From assembly GCA_951406725.2 (NCBI GenBank), contig OX597827.1:24614001-24678000 (forward strand): a stretch of DNA of 64,000 nt. Reading direction: 5' to 3'. Under the pieces are notes generated by a model. It was not told the origin of the DNA, searched no databases, and was given only the letters and a program-made list of their open reading frames with translations. Source of the stretch: Octopus vulgaris. Its lineage: Eukaryota. Both the position numbers and the translations under genes were made by a program. This document shows positions 40,190 to 54,196 of this stretch, one piece after another (within the stretch, counting starts at the first letter, position 1; each line of letters starts with the position of its first letter).

Positions 40190-40600
40190 GGCCTTTATTC
40201 AAGGCATCAAATGTGCTCTCTCTTCTGGATGTTTTCCTCTTCCTCAGAAAAGTAAGTTCAAAGTAGACCAGTCGCATTTCTCACATCCATATTTCGTTAA
40301 ATACACCAGAAGACACCATCTTCCTCTCAACCCTTATATTTCTCTTCAAGTAATACATGAAGTTAATCAGATCTTGGTCAGAGAAGAAGATTCCTATTTT
40401 GAATTCCTTTCAGGTGAGATCACCATTTCTTTCACTGTAGCCAACAGAGAGAAGAAAGACTGACTGCCCTTCCCTGAAGACATTTCCTCTAGATTTAGCT
40501 AATATCCTACATGTGACAACAGCTGTTCAATGCTTGTCTACATGTCAGTAATGCACAGGAACTGCACAATAGCATGTCAGCATGGTTTTATTCCCTTGCA
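40190..40600 (-). mobile_element. L1/Tx1-like LINE ORF2 C-terminal fragment
   Basis: Minus strand LINFMYYLKRNIRVERKMVSSGVFNEIW, homologous to 50035-50310; degenerate H...P zinc-knuckle region upstream. Confidence 0.55.
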
Positions 40601-40639
40601 TGCACTTCAAACAGATTTGGCTGCTGGTACTTCCATGCT

Positions 40640-40812
40640 TAGCGCTTTAGGATTTAAACTGGCCCTAAATATTCTGCCTGCTTTATGTTCAAATTGGCCA
40701 GGTTTGACCTCTCGTACCTACCTTACAAGGTCATTCTAAAAATAAACTGCAACATCTTTGAAATCTGAATGCTAAGAGACAATGCATGATTAATTTGAAT
40801 ACTAAAGGGTTA
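40640..40812. mobile_element. piggyBac-type MITE
   Basis: Ends ...aatactaaagggtta; same family as 57109-57328. Confidence 0.65.
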
Positions 40813-40842
40813 TATATCCATCCATCCATCCATCCATCCATC

Positions 40843-40880
<38 letters not shown>

Positions 40881-41019
40881 CATACATATCATATATATAT
40901 ATGCATATGTATACATACATACACAAACAAGGATGATTGTTTTTCAATCTTAATATATGAAAAAAACTCAGTTATTATGATAATAATCTTTATTAAATAT
41001 GGGAAAAGTGTCCGTGTGA

Positions 41020-41195
41020 TGCCATGTAACAACACCCAACACACTGTGTAAAGTGGTTGGTGTTAGGAAGGGCATCCAGCTGTAGAAATCAGGCCGAAGC
41101 AGATTGGAACCTGGTGCAGCTTCCAAGCTTAAGCCAGCTCTGGTCATACTATCCAGCTCATGCCAGCAGGGACACAAACATTAAATGATGATGAC
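41020..41195 (+). mobile_element. SINE family C
   Basis: Family motif and tail. Confidence 0.8.
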
Positions 41196-41308
41196 AATCA
41201 CACACACACACACACATATCCCTTTAGCTTTTGAATTAGCCATATCCAAAGTCCAGATCCAGCTTCTCACACTTACTCTAAAATTTTTATACTAAAACTG
41301 AATAAACA

Positions 41309-41730
41309 GGCGTAGAAGTGGCTGTGTGGTAAGTAGCTTGCTTACCAGCCACATAGTTCCGGGTTCAGTCCCATTGCGTGGCACCTTGGGCAAGTGTCTT
41401 CTTCTATAGCCTCGGGCCAACCAAAGCCTTGTGAGTGGATTTGGTAGACGGAAACTGAAAGAAGCCCGTTGTATATATGTATTATATATATATATGTGTA
41501 TGTGTGTGTATATGTTTGTGTGTCTGTGTTTGTCCCCCCGCCCCAACATCGCTTGACAACTGATGCTGGTGTGTTTAAATCCCCGTAACTTAGCGGTTCG
41601 GTAAAAGAGATTGATAGAATAAGTACTAGGCTTACAATGAATAAGTCCTGGGGTCGATTTGCTCGACTAAAGGCGGTGCTCCAGCATGGCCGCAGTCAAA
41701 TGACTGAAACAAGTAAAAGAGTAAAAGAGT
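41309..41730 (+). mobile_element. SINE family A, full length, inserted in a piggyBac-type MITE (41220-41838)
   Basis: Complete head to GTAAAAGA tail; MITE halves on both sides. Confidence 0.92.
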
Positions 41731-42034
41731 CACATCATCAAAGTCTTGAAACTATGAGATAATGCAAGATTAATTCAAACGAATGGGAATAAACAAGGAT
41801 TATTATGTTTGACAGAAGAATCTGGATGCTGAAGGGTGAAAGAGCTCCCAACTTCATGGCCCTGGCTGGCATGATGACTATTGGAAGTTGTTTGTAGTCC
41901 CTGATTTTAATGTCACCCAGGCCAGGCAACTCAAACTCCTCCTGTTGATGCTTATGGTCCCTCTCGGGTCAACGTTGCTCATATCCTCCCCCATCCTGTT
42001 ATTGAATGCATGAACTGTTTATCTGTAGATATTT

Positions 42035-42262
42035 ATTTCTTTATTGCCCACAAGGGGCTAAACATAAAGGGGACAAACAAGGATAGACAAAGGGATTAAA
42101 TTGATTACATCGACCTCCAGTGTGCAACTGGTACTTATTTAATTGACCCTGAAAGGATGAAAGGCAAAGTTGACCTTGGCAGAATTTGAACTCAGAATGT
42201 AAAGACAATCGAAATATCGCTAAGCATTTTGCCCGGCGTCCTAACGATTCTGCCAGCTCACT
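42035..42262 (-). mobile_element. SINE family B
   Basis: Family core, head and tail. Confidence 0.85.
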
Positions 42263-42652
42263 GTTGATTTTGTTGTCAACCTGGGTAGTGCTGTGAGTGT
42301 TTGGCACATTCTAGATCCCAGGGGTTCAAACATGTTCCATACCTAACCAATAACAAGCAACTTGATCAAGAAGTTGGACTGTGAAAAGACAAGCTGGCTT
42401 CAGGCAGCCTGTCACTATTGCAGTGGTCAAGATATTTCTGCAGATGCATCAGCTGCAGAGTGGACTGCACATAATCTGTGATGGCATCCCAAGACCAACA
42501 ATAGAAAAAGTATGTGCTCCAGTTTGGCCACATGGTTCTTCGGTCAAAGCACAATGGTCAGGGGGTAATTTTCACCACTAAGAGAATGGAGTCTCACTTG
42601 GCATTAGCATCTACAGCCAACATTTCATAATAATAATAAAATAATAATAATA

Positions 42653-42684
<32 letters not shown>

Positions 42685-42942
42685 AATAATAATGTTCAAT
42701 TTTCTCTGATACTATATATATTTTTTAATTATGAAAAACTGAAAATTTCAAACATATGTGAATACACAAACACACACCAAGTTATACATAATTAAATCTG
42801 AATATATACACACATATATCTGAATATATATTTTATACATATGTTATTATACATATATATGTATGTATGGGTATATATATATATGTGTATATATATGTAT
42901 ATATATATGTATATATATATATAATGTATGTATATATATATA

Positions 42943-42973
<31 letters not shown>

Positions 42974-43889
42974 TGTATGTATGTGCATGCATGTGTGTTT
43001 ATGTGTGTGTTTGTGTTTACATGTGTTTTTGTCTTAAGCTAATTTTTTTAAATGTGTCAGCATTGCAGCTCCATAAACAAATATGGTCTCCATACAAAAT
43101 GCCATTATCACCACCACCATCATCATCTCCACCACCACCGTCCTCTTCGTCGTCGTCCTCATCATAATTATTGTTTCATGTTGACTCATGAAATAAAAAA
43201 CAAACAGCAACTGAAGGATACAGCATCGTTTTAGATCAGTTAATAACAATGTTGTAGGTGGTGGAGGTGGTGGTGATGGCGGTGGTACGATGGTATGGGT
43301 GTAGAGGTACGGGCGATGGGGGAGGGGATGCAGTTGGCGTAGCTTGGTGAAATATTAGGAAAACAAAAACAAACAAAAACAAACAAAAACAAACAAAAGG
43401 GTGTTAATAGAATTGTTAAATCAGCAAATTGTAAAAACAACAACAAAAACAATAACAACAACAACAAACATCTGAGAAAAACCATTATTTCAAAAGCCTT
43501 CACATCCTGTGGAATCCCCTCCTCCTCCCTTGTTCCACTTATCTTCCTCTAACCGCCACCACTACTGCCACCATCACCACCGCCGCCATCACCACCACTC
43601 TCCCACCATCATCACGAACAGCAGTAACAATAGCAACAATAATAATGACAGAAGCGGCAGCACCACCACCGCCGCCACCATGACCAACACCAACAACAAC
43701 TGCAGCAACTTACCAGAGTACCACGACCACCACCACCAACACAGACAACAACAGCAGCAACAATGATTATAACAGCAGGATCTCGTTATAAATTGTGGAA
43801 TGGGTGGAGAAGATACGTTCAGCTACCGGTGTTTGTATTTGTTTATGAAGATGGGTAGCTGGGAGGGTGGATGTACAAACACACACACC

Positions 43890-43936
<47 letters not shown>

Positions 43937-44564
43937 CCATGTGCATACAAAGATACCGAACGCATAAACCGATACATGTATGGCGTGTACACACCCAAAC
44001 ATAACTACTTGAAAACAAGTGCGCACGCAAACACACATGTAGAAGAAAACATGTGCATACATATACTCATATATGCACATATACACACATGCAAAAACTT
44101 GCATACATACACACACACATGCACACAAGCATGCACTGATGCAAAAACATGTGGATATACAACATGCATGTGTACATACATAGACACACATGCACATGTA
44201 TGTTAAATTAATTGAGATACAAATGCGGAAATATATATGCGTGCATATGCACAACGACATGTGTATACTAACATAAACATATGCACACATATGGTGCTGA
44301 TGCACATACATATACACACATATATATACACACAGACAAGGGACTTATACATGGGCATATGCAAATGGGTGCATGTGCATTTATGTGCAAACACATGACT
44401 ACATGTACACATACACACACACATACACACATGCATGCGTGCACGCACACATACAAATACACAAACACACATGCATACACACATGGGCATTATACACATA
44501 CACAAACACACATCCACCCACTCGTAGGTGTTAAAATGATGATAATAATAATAATAATAATAAT

Positions 44565-44776
44565 AATTTCTACTGGAAGCACAAGGCCTCAAATTTGGGG
44601 GAAGGGATTCAGTTGATTACATCAACTCCAGTACATAACTGGTATTTATTTAATTGACCCTGAAAGGATGAATGACAAAGTCGACCCCAGTGGAATTTGA
44701 ACACAGAACATAGTGCCAGGCGAAATACCGCTAAGCATTTCATCCGGTGTGCTAATGACTCTGCCAGCTCGCTGCC

Positions 44777-44778
<2 letters not shown>
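44565..44778 (-). mobile_element. SINE family B
   Basis: Full copy between (AAT)n tracts. Confidence 0.85.
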
Positions 44779-44832
<54 letters not shown>

Positions 44833-44854
44833 TATAATAATAATGATAATAATG

Positions 44855-44892
<38 letters not shown>

Positions 44893-44894
44893 GA

Positions 44895-45353
44895 TTGGCT
44901 ACAGCAAATATTCTGCTCAATACCACAGATTTGCTTGTCAGTTGTTTGACCGTAACCAGTTGAGCATGTCCCTTAGTGGCTGACGATATGTGCATCTCTG
45001 ATCATGAGCAGAAGTAGTGGGGGAGCATCATAGCCATGTGTTGAGAGGGATTCTTTGGGGTTTGAATAGTTCACCTCTGGAAACATGGGTGGTTCTTTCA
45101 ACATCCTTAAACAACCCTTATTCAGGGACCGTTTGAGCGGGATGGGCTACTCAACCTGAAGAAAATTCTAACTGGGCCCCACCTGCAAGGTCATGTGCTG
45201 TTTATCTTGATATGAGATCACCATGTCGCGCACATATGGTTGTGATGCATGTGTCTGGTGTACCTTTATCAGACGGGTAGTCATGATGGGTATATTGGGC
45301 TTCGTATATTTTACCCCAGTGTCACTTTGATGGCATGAACTGCTCTCTCACTC

Positions 45354-45354
<1 letters not shown>
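44895..45354 (+). mobile_element. Repeat family F ending in (AAT)n (retroelement 3' end)
   Basis: Shared with 22746-22970 and a 5'-truncated copy at 45955-46127; flanked by (AAT)n. Confidence 0.8.
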
Positions 45355-45391
<37 letters not shown>

Positions 45392-45427
45392 TAATAATAA
45401 TAATAATAATATTATTAATAATAATAA

Positions 45428-45774
45428 CGAAGGACCCATCAATAGTCAAGAAATAAGGCATAAAGATAGATAGATACGACCCTGTTAAGTACGAAATAGT
45501 TTGGCTATGGAAAATGAAGAAGGTGAAGATAGTGCCAATCATTGTTGGGTTCTTGAGAACAGTAACAGAAGGCATCAAGGGGAATATAAAGGAAATTGGA
45601 ATAGAATGCCCAGTAGAACTGTTACAAAAGGCTTGCCTCCTTGGCACGGCCAGAATAATCAGGAAAGTATTAGATTGCTGAAAAGAAGGAATAGCATGGT
45701 ACCGTAGGCTTCAGGTAGGAAGTCTGCTACACATGTAAGGCTCCAGGTGTCCCACAAAACCTGTGATAAAGAGA
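45428..45774 (+). mobile_element. R4/Dong-clade 3' fragment inserted in (AAT)n
   Basis: KIDRYDPVKYEIVWLWKMKKVKIVPIIVGFLRTV...LLQKACLLGTARIIRKVLDC*, short 3' UTR, (AAT)n on both sides. Confidence 0.85.
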
Positions 45775-45784
45775 ATAATAATAA

Positions 45785-46490
45785 TCCTTTCTACAATAGG
45801 CACAAGGCCTGAAATTTGTGGGGAGGGGGTAAGTAGAATACATCAACCCCAGTACGCAACTGGTACTTAATTTATCGATCTCGAAAGATTGGAAGTTTAA
45901 AGTCAACCTCAGTGGAATTTGAACTCAGAATGTAGCGACAGACAAAATACTACTACCTGCAAGGTCATGTGCTGTTTATCTTGATATGAGATCACCATGT
46001 CGCGCACATATGGTTGTGATGCATGTGTCTAGTGTACCCTTATCAGACGGGTAGTCATGATGGGTATACTGGGCTTCGTATATTTTACCCCAGCGTCACT
46101 TTGATAGCATGCACTGCTCTCCCACTCAATAATAATAATAATGATAATACGACGATGACGACAACAACAACAACAACAACAACAACAGTCCTTACTATTA
46201 TAGGTTCAAGGTCTGAAATTTGTGGGGAGGGGGTGAGTTGATTACATTGACTCCAGTACTTGACTGGTACTTAAATTATCAACCCCAAAAGGATGAAAGG
46301 CAAAGTCAACCTCAGCGGAATTTGAATATAGTGATACTCGTAATAATAATAGTAATAATAATAATAACGGTTTCAACTGGTACTTATTTTGTCAACCCCA
46401 GAAGGATTGAATATAAATTCAACCTTGGCTGAATTTGAACTCAAACTGTAAAGATGGACAAAATGCTCACAGTTCTACCAGTTCTCCATC
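45785..46490 (-). mobile_element. Cluster of three SINE B fragments plus a family F fragment (45955-46127, +)
   Basis: Repeated family B cores. Confidence 0.75.
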
Positions 46491-46869
46491 TTAATAACAA
46501 TAACAACAAAAACAACAACAACAATAACAATAATAATAATAATAATAATACTTTTTATGCAAGTAGAATTGAGAATGCAAACATGGTAAACACATACACA
46601 GAAATATATAGACAAGCACACACAAATACACACACACATACACACAAACGCAGAATTATAAAGTCACACACCCATGTAATTAGGAAGGAAGAGAATCTTG
46701 GTAAACATGATGCATTGTCAATATAAAGGCATTTTAGAACAATTTGCGTGTGTGTGTATGTGTGTGTGTGGGGGGCTTATGTGTGTATGCATGTGTATGT
46801 ATATGTTTATGTGTGTATGTAAGTATTCATGTAGCTATGTATGCATGTATGTGAATGTATGTAGGTGTA

Positions 46870-46907
<38 letters not shown>

Positions 46908-47339
46908 CATGCATACATACATACATACATACATATACATGTGTGTGTGCATGTATATATATGTACATGTGTATGTATATATGTGTGTGTTTTTGTGAAT
47001 GCTTGTATGCATATATGGATATATGGACATGTGTGTATTCATGTGTATGTATGTGTATATTATGTATTTATGTTTGTATGGATATTTATATAAATGATGT
47101 ATGCATGTATATACATATATGTATATGAAAGTATTTAGGTGTATGTGTGCATGCGTGTGCATGTATATATATATATATATGTATGCGTGCGTATGTGTAT
47201 ATATGTGTTTTTATGTATGCATGTATGTATATTTGGACATGTATATATTCATGTGTATGTATATACTATGTGCATATGTAGTTATGTTTGTATGGATATT
47301 TACATGAATGATGTATGCATGTATATATATGTATATGAA

Positions 47340-47950
47340 TCATCATCATCATCATCGTTTAATGTCCGCTTTCGATGCTGGCATGGGTTTGATGGTTCAA
47401 CTGGGGTCTGGGAAGCCTGGAGGCTGCACCAGGCCCCAATCTGATCTGGCAGTGTTTCTACAGCTAGCTGCCTTTCCTAACACCAACCACTCTGAGAATG
47501 TAGTGCTTTTTACATGCCACCGGCACAGGGGCCAGAGGATCAGGCATTGACCATAATTGAATGGTGCTTTTTACATGCCACCAGCACGGAAGCCAATCAA
47601 AGCTGCACTGGCATCGGTCACATTCGGATGGTACTTTTTATGTGTACTGGCACAGGGGTCACAACTACAATTTCTATTTGATTTGATTTTGATATTGCTG
47701 TTGATGTATTTGACTCAATAGGTCTCCTCAAGTATGGCATATCGCCCAACAATCCAAGGTACTTTTGAGTAGGCTGGTTGTGTGACACTGGTGTAGGTTA
47801 CAGCTGTGGACTCACTTTACTTGTCGGGTCCTCTCAGTTACAGCATACCTCCAGAGGTCTGTCTCCTGTCATTGCCTCTGTGGGGCCCAACACTTGAAGG
47901 TCAAGCTTCACCCTCTCATTCCATGTCTTCCTGGGTCTCCCTCGACCCTG
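47340..47950 (-). mobile_element. Long family C element
   Basis: (CAT)n tail, family motif, upstream body related to 25410-25620. Confidence 0.75.
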
Positions 47951-48689
47951 GATTCCAGAATGTATGTATATTCGTATGTGTTGTAGTAGTAGATGCTGTT
48001 ATACACAAAATGTAAATCTAGCAAATTCCCTTGTGCCATTTTTCTCTTCAATATAGTGAACAGATTTAAGAAACCTGTTCCTGCCTAATTTCCTAAGTAT
48101 AGTCCCAGACAGTTTACAATCCATTCCTGCCAAATCTTTCTCAAAGACAGTCAAAATCTCTTCACAGTTAATTTCTGCCAAGACTTCCAAAGACTTCCAA
48201 TCCAGTCTTGCCAATCCATTCCAAACGAACTTTCTCACAAACAGTTCCAAATTCAGCTCAACCATTTACTGCCAAACTGTCCAATGAGACTGTTTAAACA
48301 TTCACCAAGACCTGTCTTGCCTTTTGAATGGACAGAATGGAATGGAACTTTCCTTGGAATAGAATATCAGTAAATGAGCCAAAGCTCTCAGACCAATCTA
48401 CTTGATGATGACCAACCAATTCTTGCAGAAAGCATTCACAGTGAAGGTTCTCAGAAGTCTGCTATAAGGCCTCTTGACCTCTTAGAAATAGTTGCCAAAT
48501 CTCTCTCAAAGAACTATCTTAAAATAGGAAAGATACATTGAAAAATGTAATCCGAGATACATTTGTATTTGGTAATAAAGAACGTGGTTTATATCTTGAA
48601 CATCATTGTTAGGCTCCTCAGTGTTTTAGTTTAAGTGAAGCTGACTGGAACCGAAAAGACAGCAACAAGAACAACAACAACAATCGTTT

Positions 48690-48895
48690 CTGTTATTGGC
48701 AGAAGACCTGGAATTCTGGTTGAGGAAGTTGGATGATTACATCGACCCCCTCTCCAATGGTCTTCTTTCCCTGATCCGGAAAGGATGAAAAGCAAAGGCA
48801 AAGTCTACCTTGTCTGAATTCAAACACAGAACATAAAGCTAGAGGAAATGCTGCTAAGCATTTTGTCTGGTGAGCAAACAATTCTGCCATCTTGC
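48690..48895 (-). mobile_element. SINE family B, diverged
   Basis: aaaggatgaaaagcaaag...tgaattcaaacacagaac core. Confidence 0.65.
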
Positions 48896-48959
48896 CACCA
48901 CCATACCACCACCACCACCACTCCTCTGCTCTGCCTGACTCAACCACGATTCATTTCAG

Positions 48960-49420
48960 CGTAATTTAGTGAAGCTCAACTTGATATTGTTTAGATCAGC
49001 TCAGCTAGGCTTTACTCAGTTTGATATTAAGTTAACTTGGTTAAACTCAGCCCAGTTCAGCTTAGCTCAGCTTGGTCCAGCTCAGCTTAATTTTGCTCAG
49101 GTTAGTTTAAATCAGCTCAGCTCTAGTCTGCTTGGTGAAATTCCGTATAGTTCGACAGAGCTTGCCTTGATTTGTCTCAGCTTAATCTAAATTAACACCA
49201 ATTGGTAGAGCTTGGATTGGTAGTGCTCAGTTCTGCTTAACTCAGCTTAACAAGGTCAGCACTTCTTGGGCAGAACTTAGCTTGCTTCTACTCAGCTCAG
49301 CTCAGTTTCACCTGCTCAGTTCCCGACTTGGTTTATTGTTTACTTAGATTCATCTCATCTCAGTTCAGTTTCACTTCTCTTGGTTCCTTCTCCTCAGTTC
49401 ATCTCACTCAGCTTCCCCAG
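48960..49420. repeat. Degenerate pentanucleotide (CTCAG/CTTAG)n tract
   Basis: Recurrent gctca/gctta 5-mers over ~460 bp. Confidence 0.7.
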
Positions 49421-49590
49421 TCACACTCATCATAGTCCATTATTTTTCCCTTTTGATACAGCCGCCATCATGATGATCAATGACTCATTTCTCCTATAAT
49501 TAAACATCTCTCTCCTAATTAATATTACTGAAGATTAATATTTCTCATTCATTCAGTTATTTCTGCTTACTCTCTTTCCATCCCTTCATC

Positions 49591-49630
<40 letters not shown>

Positions 49631-49742
49631 CTACTTTAGTAACCAAAAATAATAGCACTGCAGACTTCTTTTTCTTTTGAACAACAAATAAATTGCTTAA
49701 CCACCTTCCCTTTTCTTTTCCTTCTGTATATTTCCATTATTA

Positions 49743-49821
<79 letters not shown>

Positions 49822-49822
<1 letters not shown>

Positions 49823-50033
49823 TGGTGGTGAGTTGGCAGAACTGTTAGCACATCAGACTTTTTAACGGATTTTGTCTGTCTTTATGTTCTGAGTTCAAAT
49901 TCTGTCGAGGCTGACTTTGCCTCTCATCCTTTCAGGGTCGATAAATTAAGTACCAGTGAAACACTGGGGTCGATGTCATTGACTAGTCCCCACCTCCAAT
50001 ATTTCAGGCCTTGTGCCTTTAGTAGAAAGGATT
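49822..50033 (+). mobile_element. SINE family B
   Basis: TGGCAGAACTG head, GAGTTCAAATTC B box, core and tail. Confidence 0.88.
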
Positions 50034-50034
50034 A

Positions 50035-50480
50035 TTTGCACTGCTGGCCTCCTTCAGTCAGGCAGCCAAGGCAGTTTCCCTTTGCTTGGTGGTTGTGGAG
50101 AAAAGAAGTTGTTTGGTGGACAAAGGTGAAATGCACAAGGACAGATAGATTCCTGTTGGTAGAGCTCTCAATGACTTCTTCAAGTTTCACTTGAAGAGGA
50201 AATTGAGAGTGGAGAGGGAAGTACTGTCCTCAAGTGAATTTATTGAAAGGTAGGTGAAAGTTGCAGAAATGGCAAGAGAGGATGGTATCTCTCTAAGTGT
50301 AGATCTGTGAGTCAGAGAGAAGGAATTGGAGAGGGCACTTGCTCCTAGGGTTTCAGGGAAATCTCGGACTGTAGGGTTCCTCGATTATCCTTAGGGGCCT
50401 TCCTGTATCAGAAGGGCCACATCTCTATCATCCTCCACACCACGTTTTTGTAACCTTTTGTATGTCATGCGTATGTCCAT
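50035..50480 (+). mobile_element. L1/Tx1-like LINE 3' end
   Basis: KEVVWWTKVK...ALNDFFKFHLKRKLRVEREVLSSSEFIER*VKVA followed by a UTR-like segment. Confidence 0.55.
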
Positions 50481-50486
50481 TCAGAC

Positions 50487-51054
50487 ATGCAGGAAGTAAA
50501 TAGACAACTTTAATTTTCAAAATTTCTAATCTAAGCGTCTTAATATGTTTTCAGCAGTGTAGAATTTACAATGTAATTATTCTTTTTCATTCCAGGTGCC
50601 ATTATATTAAACATGTGCGAAGAGTAACCATGCCACGCACAAAAAATTCAGCAGAACTGTCAGATTTTCAAGGAGGTCGTATTGTTGGGCAATCTGAGGC
50701 TGGTCTTAGCCAGTGAAAAATTGCCGAAAATCTTAAAATTCCTCTTGCTACTGTTAATAGAATTATAGTGCAATTCAAAAGCCAAGGAAAAGAATCAACA
50801 GATTCTCATCCCGGCTGACCTGGGACCTCGAAAAGGAAGCTTCGTTGTTTGAAGAGAATTGTGGAAAACGAACCTCCTTCGAAGGCTTCTGACATTTTAA
50901 AACAGCTAGAAGTTAGTCCAAGAATGTGTGTTACATATCTGCATAAGCTTGGGTATTATAAGGAGCAGCTAGAAGAAAACCTCTTCTTCAACCAATTAAT
51001 ATAAAATAAAAGATTTTGAAAATTAAAGGAGTCTATTTACTTCCTGCATACACT
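50487..51054 (+). mobile_element. Internally deleted Tc1 element
   Basis: TIR atgcaggaagtaaatagac..tttaattttcaaaat mirrored at 51013-51049. From ATG 50630: MPRTKNSAELSDFQGGRIVG...[17 protein letters not shown]...AARRKPLL, with stops; no DDE domain. Confidence 0.9.
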
Positions 51055-51353
51055 TTATGTGTATACACTTTATGTCTGGCAAATAAATTAAAGCTTTATC
51101 ATTATCATCATTATTATTATTATTATTATTATTGTCTGTTTATGTAACCCCACATTGCATTGTCCTGTACCATCCCCAATGTCATTTTTGTCAGCCCTTA
51201 TTGGTAAACAAAGAAGGCATTGTTGGCATTGCCATTGCCATCGTTGTTGCCGCCACTGCCGCCGCCGCCGCCGCCGCCACCACCACCATCACCACCACCA
51301 CCACCACCACCACCACCACCATCACCATCACCATCATCATCATCATCATCATC

Positions 51354-51570
51354 AAGGTAGTGAGCAGGCAGAATTGTTAGCACACCGAGTGAAATGCTTA
51401 GCAGTATTTTGTCTGTTTTCACATTCTGAGTTCAAATTCCACTGAAGTCAACTTTGCCTTTCATCTTGTTAGGGGTTGATAAAATAAGTACCAGTTGCAT
51501 ACTGGGGTCGATGTACTCAACTGATCCCTCCTCCAAAATTTCAGCCCTTGTGGCAAAATTTGAAACCATT
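51354..51570 (+). mobile_element. SINE family B
   Basis: Head, core and tail. Confidence 0.85.
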
Positions 51571-51829
51571 ATTATTATTGCTGTTGTTGTTGTTGATACA
51601 ATGCATGAAATCGGTAAAATTACAGGCATAATATTTAGTGTTGCATGGTTGTTATTTCTAGCACTTCAATTAGCTGCTTAGTAGTGCCTGTCTCCATTGT
51701 GTGGGTTGATTAAGTACAACTTAATCATGTCTTACAGCAGCTAATTGAACTCAGGAAGTTCTTTTATTTGGGGTCAGCTGTAAATGTTTTGACTGCACTG
51801 GGATCTGGTGGGGCTTAAAACAAGACAAG

Positions 51830-52440
51830 TCATCATTGTCATCATCATCATCATCATCATTATACCATTGCCGGCATCACTGTCATCATCATCATCATCA
51901 TCATCATTGTAGTCATCATCATCATCACTCACACCACCATCATCATCTTTCATCATCATCATCATCATCACAATGATCATTATCATCAGTGTTTCCCCCC
52001 ACCACCACCATTACCAATATAATGATGATGATAATGACAATAATAACAAAGGATTGGGGTTACCAGGAGTCATCTCCTCACCATCATCATCATCAATATT
52101 TTCATTTGTTGTTCTTGTCATTGTCGTGGTCATCATCATCAGTATGAACACAACCACCACCACCACCACCACCACCTCCACCACCACTGCTACTGCCTCT
52201 GCTGCCACCACTGCTGCTTCCACCGCTGCAGCTGCTGCCACCACTGGCACCACCGCTGCCGCTGCCGCCACCATCACTGCTACTGCCTCTGCTGCCACCA
52301 GTGCTGCTGCTGCTACTGCTGCTTCCACTGCTGCAGCTTCTGCCACCACCACCACTGTCACCACCACCGTCACCACCATCGCCACCACCACCACCACATC
52401 ACTGTCGTCATCATCAAAATCATCATCGTCATCATTATTA
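51830..52440. repeat. Low-complexity (ATC)/(ACC)/(GCT) trinucleotide region
   Basis: Directly visible. Confidence 0.9.
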
Positions 52441-52467
52441 TAGTCATTACAAGGTATTATTTTTTCT

Positions 52468-52860
52468 TTTATTCTTTTACTTGTTTCAGTCATTTGACTG
52501 CGGCCATACTGGAACACCACCTTTAGTCGAGCAATTCAACCCCAGGACTTATTCTTTGTAAGCCTGGTACTTATTCTGTTGGCCTCTTTCACTGAACCGC
52601 TAAGTTATGGGGATGTAAACACACCAACACTGGTTGTCAAGCGATATTGTGGGGACCAACACAGACACACAAAGATTTACATTCATATATATATATACAA
52701 TGGGCTTCCTTCAGTTTCTCTCTACCAAATCCACTCACAAAGTTTTGGCTGTCCCAAGGCTATAGTAGAAGACACTTGCTGAAGGTGACACACAGTAGGA
52801 CTGAACCCGGAACTATTTTGTTGGGAAGCAAGCTTCTTACCACACAGGCACTCCTGCACC
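52468..52860 (-). mobile_element. SINE family A
   Basis: Full reverse-complement copy. Confidence 0.88.
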
Positions 52861-53369
52861 TATTTTGACTCACTTTTAATTTAAAAAGCAAAAAATTTGC
52901 TACACATCTTACATTCTTCACATATCTTGCCTTCTTCAGATGTGTGTGTGTGTGTGTGTGTCTGCCTCCCCCATTTCGTTTTGCTGGAAGATCAGCTTTT
53001 TATCTTCCTCTCCATCTTTCATTATTTTCTGTTGATTTAAAAAGAAAATTCTATTTTCATTAGGCCTTATCTCGCTTTCATTCCCAGACAGCTCTGTCTC
53101 TCCTCCCAGACTATTCTCACACCTACAAATATCAGCAAGCTCGTTTTTCCTTTTCCTTCTTCCTTTTTCCCCAGCGTTCCTCTATGCGTCTCTCACTTCC
53201 TTTCTTCTCCTTCTAAAACAATTGATATTTTGCCTGCAGCCCTGAGGCATTTATTCACACAGGCCTTAGTATAAATTCAATCTTTGCCAAAACTGAACAA
53301 CTAAAATCATTTGTCTAAACACAGACGACCCTCTGACTTCAAACTCCTATTCTCTCTCTTTAGGCACCA

Positions 53370-53880
53370 TTTCCAAAATGTAGGACGTAGCCTATCATGT
53401 CCTGCCACAATTCTCTGTTCTTTGTTTTCTGTAACACTTCCACTTCCTGATGCTTAATGCTGCTTTTCTTCCAACCAGTTCACCAAGCTTCACCTCCATA
53501 CCATTCCTTCTTCCTCTGTTTCTTTTCCTTTCAATCTTTCTGATTGTTGCTAAATTCCCCAGGTCCTCTTTCGTCATCACATGATCAAGAAATCTCAATT
53601 ACTTGGCCCTTATCTCATGAAGTGGTCTCCTATCTGCTGTAATCTCTCCATGCTATCCTCAACATACTCCTTAAAGACCACATTTCACAGCTCTCCAAGC
53701 TCCTCATTTTTGATAGTATAGACCATTCCTCACTTTCAAACATTAACACAGAGCAGTCACAGTATTTCGACACATAGGATTTGGTCTTGATGCTTAAGTT
53801 ACCGTTTCTCAAGATGTTATCCAATTTTCAGAATACAGATTTTGCCAGCATGATTCATCTTTTGATCTCCTTCACAGGAA
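53370..53880 (-). mobile_element. RTE-clade LINE RT C-terminal fragment
   Basis: ILRNGNLSIKTK...ESEEW...LESCEMWSLRSMLRIAW and RFLDHVM...KIERKRNRGR, typical RTE/BovB-like motifs. Confidence 0.85.
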
Positions 53881-53889
53881 CTTGATATC

Positions 53890-54115
53890 ATGGTTTGATT
53901 CCCAGACCAAGCAGTGCATTGTGTTCTTGAGCAAAACACTTCATTTCAGTGTTGCTCCAGTCCATTCAGCTGTAAATGGGTCACTCCCGCAATGGAATAG
54001 CCTTCTGATCTGGAGCAATGTTGGTCTGCTCGCCTAGCCAGGAAGGTGGCATTGTTTGAAAGTTAAAATGATGCAAAGCGCATTGTGACCAGCGATGTAT
54101 AACAATGTCTGAAAT
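53890..54115 (+). mobile_element. SINE related to families D/E
   Basis: GGTTTGATTCCCAGACC B box, E-like core, D-like tail gcgcattgtgaccagcgatgt. Confidence 0.65.
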
Positions 54116-54121
54116 CAAGTG

Positions 54122-54171
<50 letters not shown>

Positions 54172-54196
54172 ACGTGTGTGTGTAAGTATGTATGTA

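Noticed and set aside
51132-52561. Poly-His/Thr/Ala ORFs resembling mucin or transcription-factor low-complexity regions
   Set aside because: Several frames on both strands are open over trinucleotide tracts, flanked by SINEs, with no splice or domain support.
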